Shown here piece by piece: positions 24,460 through 34,510 of a stretch of 64,000 bases of DNA. This DNA is from an uncultured Gemmatimonadaceae bacterium (GTDB taxonomy: Bacteria; Gemmatimonadota; Gemmatimonadetes; Gemmatimonadales; Gemmatimonadaceae), in assembly GCA_963829055.1 (NCBI GenBank), contig CAWHHI010000020.1, positions 320,001 to 384,000 on the forward strand, given 5' to 3'. Numbering within the stretch: the first letter of the stretch is position 1; each line of letters opens with the position of its first letter. The notes under the pieces were generated by a model. The model saw only the letters and a list, made by a program, of their open reading frames with translations. It searched no databases and was not told the origin of the DNA. The position numbers and the translations under genes are program-made.

Positions 24460-24792
24460 ATGGACCAATCCACTCCCCGCGCATTCTCAGCTCGGTATAC
24501 GGAACCCAGCGGGCGGCGGTGGCTGGCGGAGGAAGTAGCCCGACTCGAGACCGTCACTCCGGCCGTCGACGGGCCAACGCCTCGTCTGGTCCTGCGATTC
24601 ACGAGCGAGGACTCCCTCCACGAGCAGCGGTTCACGCGCTGTGGTCCGCTCCGGTGGACGAGCCCGGAGATCATCGAGGCGTTGTTCCTCAGCGCACGTC
24701 CGGTCCGTGCCGTGCCCGAGCCGCCTCCACCCGGCGGTCCTCGGCGCCGCGCCACGCGGCGAGACTCGAAGCGAAACGGGCCCCCGGAGTAA
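24460..24792 (+). CDS. Small hypothetical protein
   Basis: YTEPSGRRWLAEE...LVLRFTSE...W..PEIIEALF. Confidence 0.55.
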   Translation: MDQSTPRAFSARYTEPSGRRWLAEEVARLETVTPAVDGPTPRLVLRFTSEDSLHEQRFTRCGPLRWTSPEIIEALFLSARPVRAVPEPPPPGGPRRRATRRDSKRNGPPE

Positions 24793-24917
24793 GGGGCCCA
24801 GGGTTTTGGCCTCATGCGTCCACGGGTTGCCGAGCGATGCAACGAGGCCCCAGGAAGGAGGCCTTAGGAAGGAGGCGGCCTTCGGAGGGCGGACGGCGGA
24901 AGGCGCGCGACATTGAA

Positions 24918-26381
24918 TCAGGGCACCAGAACAACCGTATACGGCCGCTCACCCACCGGGATCGTCGCAGTCACGCGTCGTTGTGCCGTCGAGATGACGC
25001 TCACGCTGTTGGATCGACCGTTCGCCACGTACAGCGTCGCGCCGTCCGGCGTGAGCGCCACACCCCACGGGCGCTGCCCAACGGGGATGGACGCGACGAC
25101 GGACCGACCAGTGACGTCGACGACGCTGACCTGATTCGCGCGACCGTTCGCGATGTAGGCGAAGCGACCATCCGGCGAGATGGCGATGCCCGTCGGCTTC
25201 GTCGTCCGGTCACCGATCGTGATCGTGGCCGTCACCGAGTCCCGCCGCACGTCGAAGACGTGCACGAGGCCACCGTCCTCCGTACTCACGAGCCCCCACT
25301 GCCCGTTAGGCGCGAACACGATGAATCTCGGACGCGCACCGACGTGCATGACGCCGACACGCTGGCCACTCGACGCATCGAGCGCGGTCACCGTCGAGTC
25401 GGTCTCCCCGGTGATGTAGACCTTCGTCCCACGCGGCCCAACCAGAATCCCTTCCGGCTCGCGCCCGACGGCGGCGCGGAACCGCATTCGATGTCCCGTG
25501 ACCGCGACCGCCGTGGCCGAGTCGAGCGCTTCGTTGGAGACGTAGATCGTGCGACCGTCCGGGCTGACCGAGACCTGCTCGGGATCGGCGCCGACCGGGA
25601 TCGTGTCGACGACGCGACGTGCGGCGATATCGATGACACCAACTGCGTTGTCCTTGCCTAGTGCGACGTACGCACGACGCCCATCCGGGGCGACGGCAAG
25701 TCCGCGTGGCCGGGCCCCAACGTCGAAGGTCGCGACGACGGCGTTGCCCTCGATGACGCTCACGGTGTTCCCGCCCTCGTTGCTCACGAGGCCACGCTGC
25801 GCACGAGCCGTGGAGGGCGCGGTGCCTAACGCCACCAAGCCCAGCACGCCCACCGCGACGGACGCGCGCCGCGTCGGGATCCGCCGCCTGCGCTCTCGAC
25901 GCATCACCCACCGCTCGGCCAACACTGCGTCCAGTCCCCACGTGCGTCCAGCGCCGGCGAAGAGGAACGCGAGCATCATGGCCAGCAGCATCACGTGGAA
26001 CCCTTGTTGCCCTGAGCTCATGTGCTGGACCGCGAGCCCGTATGTGATGACCTGCAGTGCCCCGAATACCGCGCCAACTTCGGTCAGGAGCCCGAACGTG
26101 AGGGACAGCCCTACGGCGACTTCACCGAGCGCCGTGAGGTGCGCGTACGCGTGGTTAGGCACGACGGTGCCGAGCAGGAACGCCTTGTATGCCGGGAACG
26201 GATTGTCGGCGGCATAGCGTGCGATCAGCTTCGGCATGGTGGCGATCCACCGCGGCGACGCCACCGGTATGGGAATGAAACCCGCGAGCAGCGCGATCGA
26301 GATCTTCGTGAGGATACTCTTGAGGAACCAGAGTCCGACGGTGATGCGCAGCAGCGCCAGCCAGCGATCCGGGTGGCGCAT
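24918..26381 (-). CDS. DoxX-family membrane domain joined in frame to a YVTN/YncE beta-propeller
   Basis: ALLRITVGLWFL..GEVAVGLSLTFG..GAGRTWGLD followed by VGxxP..PDG..YVAN..SNSVSVI repeats. Confidence 0.8.
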   Translation of the reverse strand: MRHPDRWLALLRITVGLWFLKSILTKISIALLAGFIPIPVASPRWIATMPKLIARYAADNPFPAYKAFLLGTVVPNHAYAHLTALGEVAVGLSLTFGLLTEVGAVFGALQVITYGLAVQHMSSGQQGFHVMLLAMMLAFLFAGAGRTWGLDAVLAERWVMRRERRRRIPTRRASVAVGVLGLVALGTAPSTARAQRGLVSNEGGNTVSVIEGNAVVATFDVGARPRGLAVAPDGRRAYVALGKDNAVGVIDIAARRVVDTIPVGADPEQVSVSPDGRTIYVSNEALDSATAVAVTGHRMRFRAAVGREPEGILVGPRGTKVYITGETDSTVTALDASSGQRVGVMHVGARPRFIVFAPNGQWGLVSTEDGGLVHVFDVRRDSVTATITIGDRTTKPTGIAISPDGRFAYIANGRANQVSVVDVTGRSVVASIPVGQRPWGVALTPDGATLYVANGRSNSVSVISTAQRRVTATIPVGERPYTVVLVP

Positions 26382-26590
26382 GGCGCGCTTCGCGTCCGAG
26401 GTTCCGACGTTTACGTGCGCGAGCGCCGTGGACCGCTCGGCGTCATACCAGCTGGCGTCCGCTATGGATGCTTTCATGGGTGGGGCGATAGGGTAACCGG
26501 CGGGCGCGATTCGCGGACCGGTCAATCCTTGGCATAGTTGCTGTTGCAAGCGATGTTCCGTGAGCGGCGATTCTCGCGAATACTTGGGGT

Positions 26591-26939
26591 CGCTATCATC
26601 GCGCCGGGACCGGTGGGAACACGATTGGGCGGATCTGTACTGCGAAACTGCCGGATCCGGCTTTGCATTCAGCCTCATTGCGCCGCGGTCGGTGGGAACT
26701 ACGATTTCGCGGATGAACGCGGAAGAAGCAGGATATCGCTCGGTAGGTCCGGCTCGCTCGCGCAACGGGCCGGGATGTTTCGGGAACGGCCGCTCGGGAC
26801 GCAGGCGTCTCCCGAGCGGCCGTTCCCATCTCGTATCAGCGTGCGGCGAGAGGCCAGCGTCAATGCAAAGCCGTATCCGGCCGTTTTCCGCGGTGCGATC
26901 CGCGCCATCGTAGTTCCCACCGGCCGCGGCGCGATAGTG
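26591..26939. repeat. Nested palindromic element family C, copy 2
   Basis: Same arms (atcgcgccggg..ggtgggaac) and central hairpin GGGAACGGCCGCTCGGGA/TCCCGAGCGGCCGTTCCC (26782-26827) as 16558-17049. Confidence 0.85.
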
Positions 26940-26982
26940 CCTGAACTCGATAGTGCCTGAACCCGATAGCGCCTAACGCCGA

Positions 26983-27014
26983 ATCGCCCGGAGGCCAGTC
27001 GGCCTCCGGGCGAT
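26983..27014 (-). terminator. Hairpin terminator after the outer-membrane protein gene
   Basis: ATCGCCCGGAGGCC-agtc-GGCCTCCGGGCGAT, 14-bp perfect stem. Confidence 0.7.
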
Positions 27015-27034
27015 CTCCGCGGCAATCGTCGTAC

Positions 27035-28454
27035 TTAGAAGGCGACCACGCCCTCCAGCATGAATCCGTCGAACTTGGCGCCGTGGCGGATGTCGGTGAT
27101 CGGGAAGTTGCTGTACGTCTGTTTCACCCACTCGCCCTTCATGAGCAGGATCGGGGTGATGAACCACCCGCCGGCGAGGGCCGCGCGCTCGGCGCTGGCG
27201 TCCGACGTGTACCCTTTGAACCGGCCCTCGACCGTGTTGTAGCGGGCGCCGACGTACGCCTTCTCGTTCTTGAGGAACCGGTAGATCACGTCCCCGGCGT
27301 ACTGGTCGAACGACCGCTTGCCCGTCTCCGTCGTCTGCGCGCCGCTCGCCTGCTCGGCCACGCCGAAGAACTCCAGCCCGCGGTACTTCACGAACGGGTT
27401 GATCTGGTAGCTGTGCACCGCGCTGCCGAACGCCGGGTCGAACATGCCCGACATCTTCTGCGCCGCCTCGGTCGCCGCCGTATTCTCGACCACGAGGTAG
27501 TAGCGCGAACCGGCACGATCACCGGCGAACAGCGTCTGGTTGGCCGAGCGCGTCTGGCTGAACAGCGATCCCGTTAGGCGGGTCCGCAGGTTGGGCGTCA
27601 GCTGGCGGTCGACGCCGACCTTGCCGTAGAACGCGGGCGACCGCTTCGCCGGCGCCGACACCTGGCCGCGGATCTCGCCGCCCGTGATGCCGACCATGCC
27701 CAGCAGACCCTTGCCGCGGAGGTACGCCTCGCCGCCGACTTCGGTCGTGAACGGATCGAGGATCAGGTTCCCGACGAACGCGTTGTGCATGGCGTTGCCG
27801 TTGTCGGTGCGACGGAAGTGCGAGTCGCCGTAGTTGATCTCGAAGTGCCCGAACTTGAGCGAGACGTAGTCCATCATGCGTCTCGAGCGCCTTCACCTTG
27901 ATCGGCGAGCCGTCGATGAGCAGGAAGCCGTCCTTGACCCACGTCTCGTTGTGGTGGCGCGAGGACAGGTACGAGGTCAGCGCGACGCGGATCCCCGGCG
28001 CGATCTGCGCGTTCAGGTACAGGTTGGCCGTGGCGTTGTTGAAGCCGTTGCCGATCGACATGAGCTGGTTGGCGTCGACCTTCGTGATCGGATCGATCTT
28101 CGGGGCGGCGCCCGTCTCATGCGAGAGCCCCTGGAACTGCTGCGTGAAGGCGGCGCCCCAGCTGAGCTGGAAGCCCGTGAACGGCGTCGCGTCGCTCTTC
28201 GGCGCCTCGAAGGTGTTGATCCCGCGCTGATCGATCGGGTGGATGTGCTGAATCACCGTCTTGGGCACCAGGCTCGCGACGGTCGTCGCGGCCGCGGCGG
28301 AAGAGTCGGGGGTCGCCGGCTTCGCCTCGGACTTCGTGGTGGTCGCCGGGCGGCTGATGGTGTCGGCGGACGCAGTGTTCGGGTTCGCCTGCCCCATGGC
28401 TGGAACAGCAGCGAAGAGCGTAGCGCTCAATGCGAGGACAGGGGTGAGTCTCAT
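27035..28454 (-). CDS. Putative outer-membrane beta-barrel protein; one frameshift near 27877
   Basis: Signal peptide MRLTPVLALSATLFAAVPAMG, amphipathic beta-strands, terminal Phe (LEGVVAF). Confidence 0.7.
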
Positions 28455-28525
28455 AATCGTGGTCTCCGGTGAAGTATTCGAGACAGGCAGTCTTTGATTG
28501 GTGAACCGATCTCGATCAGTCTCGA

Positions 28526-29122
28526 TCAGTCTTTGAGCAGGAGGTCGAAGCCGACCTTCACGCGCTCGTCGACTTTCATGGTGCCGAGCATCAGCGTGGG
28601 TGGCTTGAGGCCCCACTCGGTCATCCTGAGCTCGTGCGTGCCCACCACGTGCAGCATGCCGGACGCGCCCTCGCTCGCGTTCACGGTCATGGAGACCGGC
28701 TTCTCCACGCCACCCATCGCGAGCGTGCCGGCGAGCGTCACGCGGACGACGTCCGCCTGCTTCGCGAGATCGTACGACGCGAGCTTGAAGACGATCGTCG
28801 GGTTGGTCTTCGCCTTGAGCGCCTTGAGCATGTGCTCGTTCATCGTGCCGTTCTTGCAATCGAGGCGCTCGGTGTTCACGCGGATCTCCACCGCGGTCAC
28901 CGCTTTCTCGCCGGCGAGGACGGCCGTCGTCGCGCCGGGCACGGACTCGACGTTCGCGTCGAAGGCGGTCGCGCTGCACTCGAACGAGCGCACCGTGGAG
29001 CTGCCGCTGATCCAGAGGCGGCTCGCGGGCTGAAGGTCCAGGGCGACCGCGCGCGGTGTCGCCGCCATGACAGCGGGAGCGATGCAGAAGAGGGGGAGTG
29101 CTCTGGAAATGCGCCGGCGCAT
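28526..29122 (-). CDS. YceI-family lipid/polyisoprenoid-binding protein
   Basis: SRLWISGSSTVRSF..LDCKNGTMNEHM..GTLAMGGVEKPV..MTEWGLKPP. Confidence 0.9.
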   Translation of the reverse strand: MRRRISRALPLFCIAPAVMAATPRAVALDLQPASRLWISGSSTVRSFECSATAFDANVESVPGATTAVLAGEKAVTAVEIRVNTERLDCKNGTMNEHMLKALKAKTNPTIVFKLASYDLAKQADVVRVTLAGTLAMGGVEKPVSMTVNASEGASGMLHVVGTHELRMTEWGLKPPTLMLGTMKVDERVKVGFDLLLKD

Positions 29123-29282
29123 TGTTGATTCTCCGTGAGAAGGAACCCGGTCGCGCAGTGGCCGCGACTCTGGTCTCATATTCGGCTCGGCGGGTCGGCG
29201 CATCAGTCGGGAGGATCGCGCCACATGCGTCGGGTTCGTACGCTCGATGCGTCAGGCAAACCCTGAGCGGAGCAGGTGACAG

Positions 29283-29786
29283 CTACGGCGTGACCTCGCC
29301 CGTGGCGTCGCCCAGGGAATGGCGCGCGGGCATCGCCGTTCGCGCCTCGCGTCCGGTCAACTCGTCCGGCCGTACCTTGAGGACAACGGTACGCTCGGGT
29401 GTGGGATCCCCGTCACCTAACGCGCTCGGTACGAGCGTACGCAGGTACGCGACCGCCTGCCGGTACGACTCGCGTTCGACCGGAGGTCCGTCGTCACGAA
29501 GCACGTAGACGGTGCCGTGCGCGACGACACTCCGCCAGTCGAAAAGCCCGTCGACCTCGTCCACCTCCAGCGCAATCCACGGGGAGTGGGCGAGCGCCGC
29601 GAGCTTGGAACCGGGTGCAGTCCGCATGTAGATCGCCCCATCCGGATACACGTAATGGATAGGCTCGATGTCCACGCGCCCGTGGAACGTGTAGGCAATC
29701 CGCCCGACGTTATGGCGAGCGAGCAGCTGCTCGACCTCGCGCGGATCGAGCGTACGGAATGTCGGTGTGGGATTTCCCGTCGGCAT
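29283..29786 (-). CDS. Pyridoxamine 5'-phosphate oxidase-like (split-barrel flavin-binding) protein
   Basis: LLARHNVGRIAY..IEPIHY..RTAPGSKL..EVDEVDGLFDWRSVVAHG..LTGR. Confidence 0.9.
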   Translation of the reverse strand: MPTGNPTPTFRTLDPREVEQLLARHNVGRIAYTFHGRVDIEPIHYVYPDGAIYMRTAPGSKLAALAHSPWIALEVDEVDGLFDWRSVVAHGTVYVLRDDGPPVERESYRQAVAYLRTLVPSALGDGDPTPERTVVLKVRPDELTGREARTAMPARHSLGDATGEVTP

Positions 29787-29853
29787 ACGGCGGCCTCGAG
29801 ATGGCGTGTGATCAGTGCACAAGCGTGTGGCGCTGGGCGTTAGGCAGCAGCAA

Positions 29854-30621
29854 TCACGGCGTGAGCCCCGGCAGGTGCGCCAGGTGCATGGGAGAGCGCG
29901 TGTACGATTCGAGCGTCAATACCGTCGATCCGATCACCGGCATGGACGTCTCGATGCGGACCGGGATGCGGCACATGTCATCCGTCAGGTGCAGCCGGAT
30001 GACGCCATCGCCATGGAACCGACCAGCGTCTCTCACGTGCATCTCGACGATGATCGTGGAGAACGTGCCGGCCTCGGTGCGAATGGTGTCGCGGCCGACG
30101 ACGCGCACTTCGACCGGGTTGCGCTCCCGATCGTAATGGCGCGCGACGCGATAGACGGTATCAGGAACGAGCGGCAGGGTCCGTATGAAGTAGATGAACG
30201 AGAGCTCGTCCAGCGGCGCATTCGTCGGGCTCTCGCCACCGTCGCCACGCGTCGTCTGCCAGCGCTGCGATTCGGGAAACAGCTCGACCTGTTCGTCGCT
30301 GCCCGTGAACGCGCGACGCTCCCGCTTCCTGAACCGCAGCGCCGACATCCGTGCGGGATCGAGCCACGAGTCCGCGCGGTCGAGCGCCTTGATGGGCCCG
30401 ATCCGGGCGCGCACCTCGGACTTGAGCAGATAGGTCGCGACGCCGCGCACGTCTTCCGGCCCCTGGATGGACATCGATCCCTGGCCGACGTGCTTGCTTC
30501 CGACGGTCACGCCGTAGTTCAGCCGCTCGCCGATGCTGAACGGCAACTCGACGGTCGTCTGTGCTCGCATCGCGAGCGGCACCACGAGCGCGAACCCTAC
30601 GCGCAACCCCATTCTGGCCAT
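29854..30621 (-). CDS. DUF3108-domain exported protein
   Basis: LPFSIGERLNY..PLDELSFIYFIRT..AGTFSTI..LTDDMCRIPVRI. Confidence 0.8.
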   Translation of the reverse strand: MARMGLRVGFALVVPLAMRAQTTVELPFSIGERLNYGVTVGSKHVGQGSMSIQGPEDVRGVATYLLKSEVRARIGPIKALDRADSWLDPARMSALRFRKRERRAFTGSDEQVELFPESQRWQTTRGDGGESPTNAPLDELSFIYFIRTLPLVPDTVYRVARHYDRERNPVEVRVVGRDTIRTEAGTFSTIIVEMHVRDAGRFHGDGVIRLHLTDDMCRIPVRIETSMPVIGSTVLTLESYTRSPMHLAHLPGLTP

Positions 30622-30928
30622 GCATCCTCGACCGTGCAGCGATCGTTAGGCGGTAGAACGAAGCTCCCGGTGAGTCCAGGGGGTCCTCGTCTACCGAACG
30701 ATCGGCGAAGCGAAGAGGCGAGGTCGTCAGGCATCGGTGGGAACGCGTGTCCGGCGATCGGCACGCTCGTGTGAGGGAATCCCCTGCACCGGCGGACGCA
30801 CGGGTAGTCGCCCCAGAAATGCGAGAGCGACGCCCGACATTCGTTAGGGTAACGCCGGACAGAACGGCACCCGGACGCCGCGATACTCTATGCGCGTGAC
30901 GACGAACCACTGCGTTCCGGAGGCCACA

Positions 30929-31861
30929 ATGAGTTCCACCGCGGCAAGATTGGCCCTTGGCCAGACCGCGCCCGAGCGCGGGCAGGGCATGTTGACGTTG
31001 CTCCGCCCCGAGATCCTGCTCGCTACCGACGGAACGCCGGCCGCACTCGCGGCCACTCGGGTGACCGCCGCGCTGGCGGCACGCTCGGGACTGCGACCGC
31101 ACGCGTTCACGGTGCTGCCGCCGCCCGTGCCACTGGATCCCTTGCTCACGACGATGTCGGCGACCTTCGATCCCCAGCTGGGCGCGGAACAGGAAATCGC
31201 ACGCCAGCTGAGGTCGTGTTCACCGAGCGGCGACACCTGGACGCGAGAAACGGTGATCGGATCGCCGGCCGATGAGATCGCGCGCGCAGCACACGCGCGA
31301 AACGCCGACCTCATCGTCATGGGCCTCCGTGCGCACGCGTTCCTCGACCGCGTCTTCCGCGACGAGACAGCGCTCACGGTGATGCGCCGCGCGGGCGTTC
31401 CAGTGCTCGCGGTCACCCCACTGCTCCGACAGCTGCCTCGGCGCATCGTCGTCGGTATCGATTTCAGTCGCGCGAGCATCGTCGCCGCGCGGGCCGCAAT
31501 GGGGTTACTCGACGAAGGCGGCGAGCTGCTCCTGACCTACGTGGAACCGCCCATCGAGACGCGACCCGAGGAAGCAAAAGCCTACGGCGGGATCTACGCG
31601 GAAGGACTCTCCGGCGCATTCGCTCGGCTCCGACAGGAGCTCGTGTCCCGCTCTGACGTCACTATCGACACCATCGTGCTTCGGGGAGCGGCACCGTCGG
31701 CGCTGCTGTCGCTCGCGACTCGCTCCGACGCCGACCTGATCGCCGTCGGCAGCCAGCGCCACAGCATCGCACGTCGCGCCTTCGTGGGCGGAGTGACGAC
31801 CGCGCTCGCACGAGCCGCCACGCGATCGTTGTTGGTCATTCCCCCCGAACGCCACGCTTGA
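30929..31861 (+). CDS. Tandem-domain universal stress protein
   Basis: GGAGG SD; ILLATDG..GSPADEI..ADLIVMG; IVVGIDFS..ADLIAVGS..GGVT. Confidence 0.9.
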   Translation: MSSTAARLALGQTAPERGQGMLTLLRPEILLATDGTPAALAATRVTAALAARSGLRPHAFTVLPPPVPLDPLLTTMSATFDPQLGAEQEIARQLRSCSPSGDTWTRETVIGSPADEIARAAHARNADLIVMGLRAHAFLDRVFRDETALTVMRRAGVPVLAVTPLLRQLPRRIVVGIDFSRASIVAARAAMGLLDEGGELLLTYVEPPIETRPEEAKAYGGIYAEGLSGAFARLRQELVSRSDVTIDTIVLRGAAPSALLSLATRSDADLIAVGSQRHSIARRAFVGGVTTALARAATRSLLVIPPERHA

Positions 31862-31928
31862 CGACACCGTCCGGGGTTCCCTGCGGTCGCGCTTCAACGG
31901 ATTCGAGACGGCCTAACGCGACTCGAGA

Positions 31929-33778
31929 CTACCCGACGGGTGCCGGAGCGGCCTCGTAGGGGAGCGAGAACGAGAACAGACTGCCTCGGCCGGGCTGGCT
32001 CTCCACCCAGATCCGGCCGCCGTGCGCTTCCACGATGCCGCGCGCGATCGCCAGTCCGAGCCCGCTCCCTCGCCGCGGCGTCGACTGCGCCTGCCAGAAC
32101 CGGTCGAAGATCCGCGGCTGCGCCTCCGGATCGATCCCGATGCCCGTGTCCTCGACCGTCACCACGACACCGGTCGGCGTGCTCGTCGCCCGCACGACGA
32201 TGCGGCCACCGGGATCCGTGAACTTGACGGCGTTGCCCATGAGGTTCGTCAGCACCTGTACGATGCGCCGGTCATCTACGTTCACCGTCGGGAGGTCCGA
32301 CGCGATGTCGACGTCGAGATCGATCGATCGCTGGTCGATCTCTCCGCTGATCATTCCGGCAGCGGTCGACACGATCGACGCGAGCGTCGTCGGCCGACGA
32401 TCGATCGACAGCCGGCCGGCCTCGATGGCGGACACGTCGAGCAGGTCGCGGATCAACTGCTGCATCCACACCGTCGCTTCCGTGATCGCGGTCAGCATCT
32501 TCTCACGCTCGGCCGGGTCGTCAGGCGGCGCTTCGCGGAGAATGCGCGCGCACATCGCGATCGCGCTGATCGGATTCCGCAGATCGTGCGACACGAGCGC
32601 GAGCACTTCGTCGCGCGCGCTCGTCGCCCGCCGGGCCGCGCCGTAGAGACGTGCATTCTCGAGCGCGAGCGCTGCGCCGCGGGTGAACTCGTCGATGATC
32701 CGACGCGTGTCAGGCCCGAAACGTCCCGGCTGTCGTCCGAGATCGAGCAGCGTGATCGCGCCGAACGTCCGGTCACCCACGCTGAGCGGCATGATCAACA
32801 ATGACCTGACGTCGAGTGAGCGCCATTGTGTGATGGCGTCGGCATCCTCTTCCGTAGACGCGAGCCAGTCCTCGTCCACGTGCTCCACGAGCTCCGGACG
32901 CCCACGTCGCAACACGTCGACAACTGGCGCCGGCGAGTCCCACGTGGGCGCGAACTCATCCGCCAGTCGACGCATGTGACGCTGCGGTCTCGTCGCCTGG
33001 CCGAGTACGCGGTCCGTCGAATGATGCGACTCTCCTCGACGACATCCAGGAAGCACGCATCCGCAAGCGTCGGGATCACCGCGTCGCTGATCGCGGCCAG
33101 TACGTCCCGCGTCTCGAGCGACCTGACGAGCTTCGTCCCCGTGTCCGCGAGAAATCGCTCGGCATCCTCGGCGCGCTTCCGCTCCGTGATGTCGCGCAGC
33201 ACGACGGTGAAGATGCGCGTCCCACCGGGAAGCTCGAGCTTCGAGATCGACGCCTCGGCCGGAAACTCGGAGCCGTCCTTCCTGAGCCCCGCCACCTCAC
33301 GTCGATGCCCCATGCGACGCGCCGGCTCGGCGGTACGCCCGAAGGCGTTGATGTGCTCGTCGTGCGTCGCGCGGAATCGCTCGGGGAGCAGGACCGACAG
33401 CGGCTGCCCCAATGCCTCGTTCGTCGAGTAGCCGAAGGTCTCCTCGGCGCCGTGATTGAAGTGGAGGATGCGATGCGACTCGTCGATCGTGATGATCGCG
33501 TCCGCGGCGATGCTGAGGATGCCGGAGAACTTCGCCTCCGACGCGCGGAGCTCCTCGTCCATCCGACTCTGCGCCCGCAGTCGCTGCTCCAGGAAGCGCT
33601 GCCGGCCGGCCGCGACTCCCACGGCCGTGATCGCGGTACCAAGTGCGGCGAGGCGGATCCAGGGCTGCGCGCCGCCGGTCCTCACGACATCGATGACAGC
33701 CAACGCAGTCGGAAACAGCAGCGCACCGAGCGCGATGCGTAAAGCGTTGGTGACCAATCGGCTCTGAACAGCTGGCAT
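31929..33778 (-). CDS. Membrane PAS/GAF sensor histidine kinase; frameshift near 33000
   Basis: Two TM segments, FixL-like PAS (GLRKDGSEFPAE), GAF, H-box VSHDLRNP, NAVKFT, GSGLGLAI. Confidence 0.9.
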
Positions 33779-33829
33779 CGAGGTCAGTTCACCTCGGCCG
33801 ACGTGCTTCGATGCGGGCGACGTGGCGCC

Positions 33830-34510
33830 TCAGGGGCCCCGCGGCGCGTGCGCCTGGCCCAACACTCCGATCTTGAGCGCGAAATCGACGTATTCGGAAC
33901 GGTGAGAGATGCCAAGCTTTTCGTTGACCCGTTGCTTGTAGGTGTCCACGGTTTTCGGGCTGATGAACAGCTGCTCACCAATTTCCGGCGCCGAGTAACC
34001 CTGTGCAACCAGCCGCAGCACGTCACGCTCGCGTTGTGTCAACGCGTTGTACCGGTCCCGATCGACCTGGGCTGGGTCCTTCTTCGTCAGGCCCTTGATG
34101 AGAACGTGCGACGCCGACGCGCTGACGTACGGATCGCCGTGGGCCACCGCGCGAACGGCCGCCACGAGCTCGAGATCGGCCGCACTCTTGACAAGGTATC
34201 CGGAGGCCCCGGCCTCGAGCAGCGGCAGCAGGTATTCCTCTTCGGCGTGCATCGTGAGCACGAGCACACGCGTGCCGAGATTTTTCGCGTGAATCGCCTT
34301 CGTTGCCGCCGCGCCATCCATGTCCGGCATCGACAGGTCCATGATCACGACGTCGGGCGTGAACCGCTCGACCAGCGCGACAGCCTCACGACCGTTCGAG
34401 GCCTCGCCAATGACGGAGATGTCCTTGGCCTGACTCAGCACCGCGCGCAGTCCCGCGCGAACCACGGCGTGGTCATCGACCAGCATTACACGAATCACGT
34501 CACCCGGCAT
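33830..34510 (-). CDS. NarL/NreC-family response regulator
   Basis: GGAG SD then MPGDVIRVMLVDDHAVVRAG..MDLSMP..LTQRERDVL..ISPKTVDTYK. Confidence 0.9.
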   Translation of the reverse strand: MPGDVIRVMLVDDHAVVRAGLRAVLSQAKDISVIGEASNGREAVALVERFTPDVVIMDLSMPDMDGAAATKAIHAKNLGTRVLVLTMHAEEEYLLPLLEAGASGYLVKSAADLELVAAVRAVAHGDPYVSASASHVLIKGLTKKDPAQVDRDRYNALTQRERDVLRLVAQGYSAPEIGEQLFISPKTVDTYKQRVNEKLGISHRSEYVDFALKIGVLGQAHAPRGP

